From Octopus sinensis (Eukaryota), in NCBI RefSeq assembly GCF_006345805.1, contig NC_042997.1:96968001-97032000 (forward strand): a stretch of 64,000 bases of DNA, given 5' to 3'. Of the stretch, positions 26,768 through 40,000 are shown piece by piece; within the stretch, counting starts at the first letter, position 1, and every line of letters begins with the position of its first letter. The notes below the pieces were generated by a model. That model ran no database searches. It was not told the DNA's origin and saw nothing but the letters and a program-made list of their open reading frames with translations. The position numbers and the translations under genes were made by a program.

Positions 26768-28906
26768 CGAAGGCACCATAAGAGCAACTACATCGTTAAA
26801 AGTAGAAGTCAAAAATACTTCTGTACCACAGAAAAGTTACAAATCTAATACAATCATATTAGGGGGGAAATTCGACTAAACATTAAAAACGTCTTACCTC
26901 TGCTCGGGCAGCACAAATAATACTGGTCAACTTGGAATCGATTTCGAAATTAGTTCCAAATAGGTATCTATTTCTCTTCAGCAAAAGTCTACCAGCTTAA
27001 TACTACTAAAATTTTCCCCCGCCATGCTCGCAAAAGTTTCGCTTCGAGTGACTAAACACTATTTAAACAAACGAAATACGTGAAATTATTTCTAAATAAA
27101 TATAAAAAGGGATGGTACTATTAAAATACCATCACCTGTGGCAATCGAGTTATCAACCGTACAGGCAAATTAATAAGATATATACATACAGTATAAGATA
27201 TGCAATTATATGTATATGTGTGTGTGCGCGCGCGCGCGTACGCACGCACATGCACATTATGTACGCACATTACGCCTACACAAACCCCTCAAACCCCCCC
27301 CACACACACACGCATACACAAATTCACATATACACCTATACGTATACATACACACACATTATATGCACACACGCACACACATACACATACGCATGCACAT
27401 ATAGACACAGGCACACACACACGCACACACAAACATGCGCACACATACGCACGCACAGACGCACACGAATGCACACATACCTAACACTCACAATCCTACG
27501 CATACACGTATATACACCCACATACGCACACACGCACACACAACTACACGCACATACGATGCGCACACACATACACACACGCGCGCACACGCAAATGAAC
27601 CGACACATACCTCCCATACACACAGCACACACTCATACATACACGCACATAATTATACATACATGTATATACACATATGCACATACATGCACACACGCAC
27701 ACATACACACACGAACACACATACATACATACACACGCACACTGCAAACAAAACACACACGCTACATATACATACACGCACACACACATACTTCAAACCT
27801 ACCAGTACCTTCCACTGACCATTCTCCTACGTACATGTGTAGGTAAAGACACAACAGAAGCCACTCCTACTATAAATTCCTCCTATGACCTTAAACGATA
27901 CTAAGCCCAACCACACACATAGATTAACAGCCACAACCACACACACAACACACACACACACGTGCTATCATTACACACAAACACACACAGACACGCACGC
28001 ACATACCTACACTTATACACACATACCTCCATCTCTTGCACTCTCCTATCTTTGAAAGAACTTTTTCTTCACCCATTCCCTTCCGGTCATTCAATGACCG
28101 CTTGTGTATCGTTGGCGATTTTTTTCCTCCGTCTTCCCTTCCCTGGATCTTTCCTTTTTCTATGTTTCTGACGAAGACCTCCGCTCGAAACGTTAAATCC
28201 TCCTTCTTTCCTGAGCGTCCAGTAACACTATGCTTGTTCCACGTCCTCACGTTGTATGTTTTCTCTTTGTGTTTTCATTTTTGTTTTTAACTTTATATAT
28301 AAATATATGTATATATATATATATGAATATATATATATTATTTATTAATATTATTACTTGAGTGAACACCACGCATCCATTTCCAAGTGAGTTTATCTTA
28401 ATCTTTTTGAAGCAACTCTACTCTAGACCGTTTTCTACCCCGTCGTTTTCTCTCTCTCCTACTCCTTCTCTTTTTCTCTCTCTCGTTTCTCACACGTGAC
28501 CATCCTCCATCTTTCTTTTCGTCGTGTGATCATCTTTCTTTTCTTTCAGGACTTCCTAAAGACTGGACCTATCTATCTTGTCAAAGAAAATATTTCTCCG
28601 ACGTTTGCTATTTTAACTTCGTTCTGGAGTAACAACCCCCATGTTTGTTTCCTTCGGTTTCCTTCTATACTTCCCCTGTCCTGTTTTTGTTCCCAACTTG
28701 CACTCTCCATAAATCCCAAATTTTATTTTGGTACTTATGGGAGCAACTGTCTTCGAAGACTCGAAATAGCCAACAATTGATGAAGGGTCTTTATGTTGCT
28801 TGTCATGTTTTCCATTTGTTTCTATCATTGCTCATTTGATTTTGTATTTCATGTTGTTTACTGTTGGTGACATCCTGTACCCATATATGCATGTGTGTGT
28901 GTGCAT

Positions 28907-28941
<35 letters not shown>

Positions 28942-29454
28942 TATAAGGATAAGATCGTTATTTCAATATCGAACTTATCAAGTGGCCAGCATGGGAATAA
29001 AAACTTTCAACGGTAACAATTATTATTAAAATTATAATTTGCAGTATCTAAGGGATACCTCATCGCTGGAAATAGCAGTCAAAACTTGACTTAAATGTTC
29101 ATACAGAACCAGGTGTTGTATGAACATTTAATGTCGCTTTAGAGTCAGGTTTTGACTGTTATTTCCAGCGTGGAGATATCTCTTAGATACCCTAAAGTAT
29201 AATTTCATATATATATATATATATATAGATATATATATATATAGATATATATAGATATATATATATATACTTTATTTAAAAGCAGCAGAAATATAACAAA
29301 AGATGTTACTCAGAGTTTCACGTTCCCGTTCGTCGGACAGTTTTAAATAAAGCATATTACTATACCTCTGGTATTTGAGTACTTTTTTTTCCACCTTGTT
29401 TCACATTTATGTGCTTACTCCGGTATATATATATATACATACATATATATATAT

Positions 29455-29503
<49 letters not shown>

Positions 29504-29999
29504 GTACAAGAAGGCACCACATGAGCCCCTACATCGCTAAAAATTGAAGTCAACAATACTTCTGTACCACAGAATAGTCACAATTCTAATATAGGCGTGG
29601 TAGGAATAATTTCCAGTAAATATGAAACACGTCTTACCTCTGCTAAGTCAGCATAACAATTCTGGTCAACTTGGAACCGGTTTCGAAACTAGCACCAAAT
29701 AGGTTCCTGTTTCTCCTCAGTCAAATTCTGCCAGTTTACTACTACTAAAATTTCGCCCCCCCACCACCACCACCATGCCCGAAAAAGTTCCAAGTTCACA
29801 AGTATTACTTGTACGTCTTTAATATTCCCTGGAAATGTTTCCTACCATGCCTGTATTAGATTTGTGACTATTCTGTGGTACGGAAGTATTTTTGACTTCC
29901 ATCTTTAGTGATGTAAGTGTTCATGTGGTATTAATTTGACTGTACGGCTGATAACTCGCTTGTCACACGTGATGGTATTTTAATAATACCACCCCTTCT

Positions 30000-30055
<56 letters not shown>

Positions 30056-30742
30056 CATATCTATATTTATAATATATTATATATTATATTATATATTACG
30101 AATGTCAGTAAGCTTGTTTATTTAAATGCAAGTACCCTCCGACATACGGCTAAAGCGTCGTTCGTCGATATAGATTTAACTTCAAGACCTATATTATTTA
30201 ACTTTTTTGCAATGGAAGCACTTTAAATCCATTATGAGTATGCTCTTTACTATATAATACATTTTCTGAGATTTTTATATATCTATTATTGTTTGGCGAT
30301 CATAATAACTTCTACATCTTTTCTTTAATTTGCTGATTGTATCTTCTTATGAACAGTTCAAACCATTCATTGGTTGCTTACAAGTTTTCCTTTAATCATC
30401 TCCCACTCGTTTCTTTGAAGTTACGAGAATACTTCTTGAATCATCTGAAAATTGTAATAAGTTAGTGGCTACGTGGAGCATATCTTATCTTATATATACA
30501 TATAGGAGAAGCAAAAAGAGATATGTATGTGTGTTCTCTTTCTCGTTTTAATTTAGAACAAATTTTAACTGGTCACCAACTTGGCAGCAAAGTTGTGAAA
30601 GAAAGTATCTTGTTTTATTCGTCAACCTTGAAATCTTAAGATGGTTTTGCAGATTTTTATAGTCCTAAATATATATCTTATCATATACATATATATACAT
30701 ATATATATATTCATATATATATATACACACACACACACACAG

Positions 30743-30774
<32 letters not shown>

Positions 30775-30791
30775 ATAAATTATTATATATA

Positions 30792-30831
<40 letters not shown>

Positions 30832-32120
30832 TATATATTAATATATTTAAACACACAAGGAATCCACATAGGGATTCTACACGCTAGAAAGAACAGCTAG
30901 GTTCTATAACCACAAAAATTAGGGATAAAATTCGACAGGAACAAATTTAGAAATGAAAAACATTTACCATCTAGTTTCCTAGACCAATTGGTTTCTGATC
31001 TTATTTTAGTGAGTCAAGGAGAACTCACTAGGTTTGATCTTCCTCACCAGTTCCAACCTAGGGTCAAACGTATACACACGGGACAATCAAAACTACTTGT
31101 CTCGTGTTTATACGTCCTAACATTTTCAAAATTTACTGTGCAATCGCAATCCTTCGCTGGCCACATTAAAAGCCGCCAACTTTTAAAACCGAAAATTATC
31201 CAAAAGCTTAGTGTTTAATCATATCAAAGGGAAATGGAAGTGATATGATTTTTTTTTTCCTTCAACTTTAACTAAAGGGTCAACACCAAAGCTACTAAAT
31301 GCCGCCCACACCATCGGACCCCGTCTTTTATACACGCATTTCGCCTTCTTTTTCACGCATTTCGGATGGAATTCCTTGGTTGGGCGATGTCTGACGGATG
31401 TTTTACCATCTGCTCCAAATATACAGAAGCGTGACTCGTCACTCCAAAGGACCCTGCACCAATCTTCGACAGTCCATTGAGCATGACTTTTTGCGAAATT
31501 AAGGCGTTTGAGTCGATTTCTTTTGGATATTATTGGCTTCTTCCTAGCGATTCGTCCCTGTAGTCCAAATTTTCTGAAACGGACGGTTTTTGGTGTAAAA
31601 ATAACACCATTCTCGTTGGACAATTCTGAAAGTCGGTGGATTCGACGATCCAACTGCGCCGAGTGTAACTCCGAGTGTAACTTCCACGCTTGAACACAAA
31701 CCGTTTTACTGCACTTTGAAACTTTTTGCTGGTGGAGTAATACGATTTTTGCTCTCGTGACTGGACTGAGGCTACGTTATTTTCCCATTATTAATCAATT
31801 GTATAATAACGTTAAATTATAACACTATATAGTGTATTTAAGCTCAGTTGTGTGACCACCTATTTTGGCAAAACAATTTGCATACATATTACATGGTCTT
31901 AAACTAATTTTGCCGGTAAATTTGAAACGTTTATATTAATTTAGCATTAGAATTCTTCAAGTTGTATAAAAATAGTTATTGTCTGCATCATTCGAAAGGG
32001 AAATAAATTCTGCATAAGGTATAAAAGATACAAATAATTTGTATAGCGTTAGTAGCAAAGTATTTTGTAAGAAATAGAACTTTTATCATCGGTCTTAAAT
32101 TTATTTTCGCCAGTGTATGT

Positions 32121-32192
<72 letters not shown>

Positions 32193-32536
32193 GAATGTAT
32201 GGATAGATGGATAGATAGGTAGATAGATGGATAGATAGATAAACAGATAGAGAGAGAGAGAAAGAGAGACACAGAGAGAGAGATGAATATGATAAAGAAA
32301 ATGGAAACTACGCGTAGAAAAGATATGTGGAAAGTAAGAAGAAGAAAGCGAAACTGCACATTGGATATCAAAAAAATAAAGGCTTTTTTATGAAAAGTAA
32401 CGATAAATATTTGCAATTAGATGAACGGAGGTAGAATTGAGAGGCATAAATGTCATTATTTTGAATTGTTAATGAGATTCAAAGTCATTAACAACTGAAT
32501 GTGTGTGTGCCCGCGCTTGTGTGTGTGTGTGTGTGT

Positions 32537-32571
<35 letters not shown>

Positions 32572-34252
32572 ATGCTTCAGATCGAAGTGGATGGGGAAGA
32601 AATGTGTGGAGTTGAGTGAAATCATTTGAGGAGGCCTGGATAACGCAAGTAAGACACAAAAGAGATCTAAGGAAGTATGTAACGATCGAGAAGGTGAATG
32701 ACAATGATCTTTTTGTGTGCAGTCTGTGACAGACCATGCCTGTCTTTTGCTGGCCTCAAATCTCATCTGCGAACGCATGAAAAAGGAATTTCCACCAACT
32801 ATTCTACCTATATGTCTGCACACCTTTCAATGCAGTGTGTGCCAGAACGTTTGCAAATCCAATGGAAGCCTCTAAAGACATTTTAAGATCCACAAAGAGC
32901 AGAACTTATCTGGTCCAAATCGGGGGTGCAATCTATGTGGGTGTCTTTTCAGAACATTGTCTGGTTTAAAAAGCCACATCAGATTCCATGATGGCATTAA
33001 GGTGTAGGTACAGGAGGTAGCCAAACTCTGCATAAGGATTTGCCAACCACCATATGTAGTGTATGTAGTGGCAGCTGTAAGAAATCTTAATCCAAATGAA
33101 CGAAATATAACCATCTTACTATGATACAATATTTATTTACACTACTTAGAATATGTACGAGGTGGTATCAGAAACTTCGCGGACTAGTTCTATAGATGGC
33201 AGCACACAGTTGCGAGCGCTTTGAGTGTTAGCAGTAACCTTCATGAGGCAGTGTGCCGAGTGACATTGCTGTGTTTACTTCGCAAGTTGTGCAATTTCTG
33301 TTTTTGTGATCACGTGTATGGTGTAGTCTGCGATGTCATGAACAAGAACAAAGAGCCGACGTGACAGTTTGTGTTAAATTTGAAAATTCTGCCACAGAGA
33401 CATTGAGCATGATTCAGGAAGCTTACGGCGAAGAGGCAATGGGTCGTACGCAATGTTTCAAGCACGTTTCAAAAGCGGAAGAACGTCTCTGGAAGGAGAT
33501 GAACGATCCGGAAGGACTGCCACGAGCATCACCCTCAGGACCAGAACGTCAAACCAGAGTTATACTTCGACGTTTTGAAGCGTTTGAGGGAGAACATTCG
33601 GCGAAAGCCATCGGACCTATGGAGCATGAAGAATTAATTGGATTCCCCACCGAGCCCTCCTCACCTGTGAGTTTCTCGCCAAAAACAACATGGTATCTCT
33701 TCCGCACCCGCACTATTTGCCAAATTTAGCACCTGCGGACTTCCATCTCTTCCCTGAGATGAAAATGCAGCCCAAAGGTCGTTGTTTTAACGTTGATGTC
33801 AAGATGCAGAATGAATCGACAGCAGAAGGTCTTCGACTCGCTTACGGAAAAACTACCAGGCCGGATTCCAAAAGTGGCAGGACCGCTGGGACCGGTACAT
33901 TGCTGCGCAAGGTGACTATATTGAAGGTGATAATGTTAAAACTTAGGTTAGGTAAATAAGTTATATTTCGTTAAATGTAACAAGTTCGGGAACCTTTCGA
34001 TATCACCCTGTATATAGAATCCATGCATAAGTGCATACGGTTGTATGTGTAAAAATGAGCATAAGTATGTGCTTCTTAGTAAGTGAAAAAAAGGTTGCAA
34101 AGCATTGCCAAACCTCAAGTAGGGGGAAATGCGCTTTGTCTTGATGTATGTTGTGTCTTTAATACATGGTTATGAAACGATTTTCTCTTCGACAAAAATC
34201 CACAGTAACATGATCTTGAACGGTGTATATTAATTTAGTACAAGACTTACAG

Positions 34253-34300
<48 letters not shown>

Positions 34301-34761
34301 TTATTCTTATCATACATTCCAACCAACAATCCCAAATATAATGAGACTTATAACATCGTATTTGGAAATATACTGACAATGAAAACAGAACAGAATCAAT
34401 GCAAATTTTTTAAATAACGCCAAAAATCACTAGCCTATAAACGTCTTAGATTTAAGGAAATATTTATTAAGCCAATTATCAGCGATTAAGTTGTCAGGTC
34501 ATTAATTGAATTATAGAGATAAACATTTTGGCCATTTCGATACACTAGAGAGGAAAATGTCGAAGCTTTCGTGATAATTTATCACATAAAGCAGAAGACA
34601 AAACATAAATATTAATATCATTGATAAAAGATAATACTATTCATAAAAACAGCTACACCAATAATACAAGCAATAAACAACTTTGAATTAATAACAAAAA
34701 CAACAACAACAACAACAACAATAACAACAACAATAACAATAATAATAACAATAATAATAAT

Positions 34762-34794
<33 letters not shown>

Positions 34795-34833
34795 AATAAT
34801 AATAACAATAATAACAATAATAATAATAATAAT

Positions 34834-34879
<46 letters not shown>

Positions 34880-35621
34880 GTCCTGATGCAGTACCAGGCA
34901 ATGGCTATCATCGCTTCTGATCTTAATTGATTGGAAGCGTTATCAGGTACATTGCTTTGTCTTGGTATAAAAGATGGGCTACAGGAAATATTCTGCTCAA
35001 TACCACAGAGCTGCTTGTCAGTTGTTTGACCATAACCAGTTGAGCATATGTGCATTTCTGATCATGTGCAGAAGTAGTGGGGGAGCATCGTAGCCATGTG
35101 TTGAAAGGAGTTCTTTCGTGTTTGGATAATTCACCTTTGCAAACATGGGTGTTTCGTTCAGCATCCTAAAACAACCCTTATTGGGGGACCTTTTGAGTAG
35201 GATGGTCTACTCGACCTGAAGAAAATTCTAACAGCAAGGTTATACAATGTTTATCTTGATATGAGATCACCATGTCGTGCATATGGTTGTGATGAATGTG
35301 CCAGGTGTACCCTTATCAGGCAGGTAGTTATGAATGGTGTACTGAGCTTCGTATATTTTTCCTAGTGACACTTTGATGGCATCTACTGCTGTCTCACTCA
35401 AGAAGAAGAAGATGAAGATGAAGAAGAAAAAGAAGAAGAAAAAGAAGAAGAAGAAGAAGAAGAAGAAGAAGAAGAAGAAGAAGAAGAAGAAGAAGAAATA
35501 TGGTGATAATTTTAGCAGGCATAGCAAAGCAAAAGTGCCCTTGCTACTCTTGGCCTTCGAAGGATGCCCGGTACTAAGGCAGCTGATATAAAGTTATAAT
35601 GAAAGGAAACCATAAATGATG

Positions 35622-35675
<54 letters not shown>

Positions 35676-36455
35676 TCTCCAATTGTGTGTGAACATTTTG
35701 TCTTCCCTTCTTTCCTGACTAACAGAATATGTAAACATGCCTTTTATTGTAACAACTCAATTAAATGCACGATAAAAAAATTAAGGAAGTAAGCACCTGC
35801 CAATATATACATACTGCACAACTACAAAAACTGTAAACCACAGCAAAACTTTTAAGAAGAAAAGAAAAATTCCAAAAGAAAACGAAAAAGAAATTCAGAA
35901 ATTCAAAAAGCCAATGAGCCGAATATCTCTTCCTCCTACTATTCCCAAAGACTGGAATATCTACAATTTCCTGTGAATATTTTAAACCTCCCTCAAAATA
36001 AAATAAGCTAGGAAACTTACATACCGACAGCTTTCGAACACACAAACGATCAGCTTATAAAAAAGAAAGAAAAAACTTTAATATCTACGACTACTGTGAG
36101 AATACTTATCCTTTCCTCTCTCCCTGAGTATTCGAAAATGTAAACACCATCTTCCTTTGTATTCTAAGAACACTACCATTTCTCCCTGTGCGGTCATACA
36201 AAAGAACATATTTAGTTAATCTTAAAACGTTACTATCTACTTGTTTTCTTTCCTTTTTGACTCTGCCTGGGTGTTCGAAAATGTAAACATCCTTTTCGTT
36301 GCAAAAGTCCTACTGTATTCTCCAATTGGATAGACAAACGAACATCTCAAGAAAACTTAGAAACTTTAATATATTACCCAAATACGCAAACACACTTTTT
36401 ATTGCAACAGCACAATTGAATTCAGAAATTCAAAAATTCAGCGACGTGAATATCA

Positions 36456-36513
<58 letters not shown>

Positions 36514-37053
36514 ACGTGTGTGTGTGTGTGTGCATATGTGTATATATATATTATTATTATTGTTTTTTCTACCAGTAATTACAAATAGAACAGGTTGAAT
36601 TGCTTCTTTTCAAGGCAGCGCTTTCAGTGGTCGGTGGCCACTAGTAATAGAAAGCACATTTCACCTCTGCTGACCCAAAGGTTTCGAAAATTCCTTGGTT
36701 TCTATGGCTGACCTCCCCCCCCCCCCATCTGCCGAATCTATTTATAGACCTGTAGAATATGATCTATTTACCAAACTGCTACCCAACAAGTTCCCCAAAC
36801 AATGGTAGTGGTGGTGATGGTGATAATGACAACAATTAAAATAATAATAATAATAATAATAATACTGTGCTACAGCTGCTAATACTACTAATACTACAAT
36901 AATAATACTACAACTACTACTATTATGATAGCACAGGAATCTGGGGCCCAACTACCACCTTTATCACTATCCCCACGCCTACTACTAATGTTGTTGCTGC
37001 AACCACTGCTGCTACTACACGTAAAAACAATAATATCAGTGATATCAGTGATG

Positions 37054-37098
<45 letters not shown>

Positions 37099-40000
37099 TA
37101 ATAATAATAATAATTAAGAGAGAACACCGGGGACGTTTAAAGAGAGAACACCGGGGACGTTTAAAGAGAGAACACCGGGGACGTTTAAAGAGAGAACACC
37201 GAGGACGTTTAGAAGAGAGAACACCGGGGACGTTTAAGATGTAAGAAGGAAAATTCAGAGCTCCGAAATCTATCCACAAACATCGAAAACAAGGACATCC
37301 TATGGAGCCAAAGTTTTACTAACAAAGAATTGGACTGTATCCGAGTAAGTAATACTAATTGAAATTTATTACTATTTTCGAAACAAAATGATGTATTTTG
37401 ACTCGATATCATCTCCGCCTCTAACGCAACACATGTAAACATGCCTGGAACATCACGATCATCTCCGACCCCAAACACCATGTACAAAGGAACTACGAAG
37501 AAATTAAATTCCACCGATACTATTCAACCCAAGAATAACAATCGAGCGGTACGTACATTAAACTTACAACAAAAAATGTACGAAAAACTACACGTGCGAA
37601 ATAATGTGACAACAGAAATAAACGGACCGGTACCCTACGAAAATGACGACCGTCAAAATAATGGGCCGGACGTTGTACCTCATGTCCCGCAAATAAAAAA
37701 CCCAAAAGACGTAAATGGACACGTGAGGAATACATTTCTATCTTACACGCATACTTCACAGCAATACTCTACCCAAAAAATGAAAACACAACAACACATA
37801 CATATAAAATATGGAAGGGAAATAATAGAGATATAGACTTGGATACAGCAATGAACCCTAATAAATTAGCTAACGTACGAAGATACATTCTCAACACAAA
37901 AAAAATATCAGAAATAGAAATAGAACACCTAAAAGAAAACATACACCAGGAAAATGTAGATAGAAGCCACACAACAATGCCCAATAATATAAACACTGAA
38001 ACTGTAAAACACGAAGACAAACGCAACATTCCCAACAAACACGATGTAAACAACGACGGGGAGCCTAATGATTATGATAATAAAAAATAAAATAATCAAA
38101 GAACTGAAAACCACAGAGCTCAAAATGGACCACCGACCATACCTCCCAAGAATCAAAATAAACAAAATAACAACACCTATTATAAACAGCAAACCTAGCC
38201 GTCACTGAACTGATAGCCACTGAATCAAAAAAAAGTGATATCACTGAGCTAAATAACCTAATATACACTGCAGCCACAAAGAAGCTGGATACTCACCAAA
38301 CCCGCCCAAACAGGAGTACCACCACCCAAACAAACCCTGTGGATAAATAACATCCAAAGCAAAATAAAAAAAATTAGAAAAGACCTGTCGATTCTTAATG
38401 AAATCAGCAAACAATCAACGCTACTGAGCAACAAAAAGAGAACAAAAATACTCCGCAAATATAACATCACAGAGAAAGATTTGCCTGAAATAAAAGAAAA
38501 GCTGAAGCAAAATATCCTTGCCAAAGCACAAAGGATCCGCCGGTACAAGAAACGCCAACGCTTCTTTGAAGAAAAAAAAAAGTTCAACACTAACCCCAAA
38601 AAGTTCTACCAAGAACTGGGAAAAAAATAAAATAGAAGTCACTGCAGCACCAACGGCAGAAGAATTGGAAGAATTCTGGGGAGAAATATGGTCGGCGAAC
38701 GAACCACCAAAAAAAGGAAATCAGAATAACAAACTCGGCATCTGAACAACTTTGGACCCCCATAACAACTGAAGAGGTCACCCAGGCACTGCAAAGACTA
38801 AGCAACTGGAAGGCACCTGGGCATGACAAGATCCCCAACTTCTGGTTGAAATATCTAACAGGAATGCACAAAAAGCTGGCTGAAAACTTTAACAAAGTAC
38901 TAGCAGAGCCAGAGACAATGCCTGAATGGCTCACGAAGGGGAAAACCATCTTAATTCCCAAATCAAATGAAACAGAAAAGCCAGAAAACTACAGACCAAT
39001 AACCTGCCTCCCTACTATGTTCAAGGCATTTACTGCAGTGATTTCACAAAGGCTGAACAAGCACCTGGACGAAAACAAACTGTCCCAGAAAGAGTAGAAA
39101 GGATGCCGCAAAGGCTCATATGGCTGTAAAGATCAACTAATGATTAATAAAGCCATAACTGAAGACAGCCACAGAAAGAAGAAAGGCCTCAGTATGGCCT
39201 GGATTGACTACAAAAAGGCGTTTGATAGCATCCCCCACACATGGATCCTCGAAACACTAGCCATTAACAAAGTAGCACCAACAATCATAAAATTCATAGA
39301 GCACTCTATGAATAAATGGCAAACAGTCATACACCTCCAAACAAAAGAGGGACTCATGAAAACCAAAGACATCCCCATTAGAAGAGGAATATTCCAGGGA
39401 GACACGCTCTCTCCACTCCTTTTCTGCTTGGCACTGTCACCTCTATCTGATATGCTAAATAGAACTGGATGCGGATATAAATGTTACGGCAAAACGATCA
39501 GCCACCTTTTATATATGGATGACCTAAAACTATACGCTGCAAATGACAAACAGCTGGAAACACTATTAAAGACAGTTCATGGATTTACCAAAGAAATAGA
39601 TATGAAATTTGGATTAGAAAAATGCGCCAAGTAACCCTGAAAAGAGGAAAACTAGTAAGAGTAACAACATCACACTAGATAAAACCAATGAAATAAAAGA
39701 ATTAGACCAAAGTCAAACTTACAAATACTTAGGAATCCATGAACTAGATAAGACACAAAACACACAAATGAAAGAGAAAATAAAAAAAGAATATTATAGA
39801 CGAGTTAGATATCAACACTTTAGCTGTCCAGTTATAAGTTACAGCTACAATATCCTTAACTGGACACGAAATGAACTGACCAAAATAGATAGGAAAACAA
39901 GAAAAATAATGACAGGATCTAGGATGCATCACCCAAAATCTGACATAGAAAGACTATATATACAACGTCTAGAAGGTGGTAGAGGCCTTATACAGCTGGA

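Noticed and set aside
27112-27904. 244-aa His/Thr-rich ORF
   Set aside because: Degenerate (CA)-rich low-complexity tract with no splice or domain support.
37116-37236. CRISPR-like look of the 24-bp repeats
   Set aside because: There are no spacers, the context is eukaryotic, and no cas genes are present.
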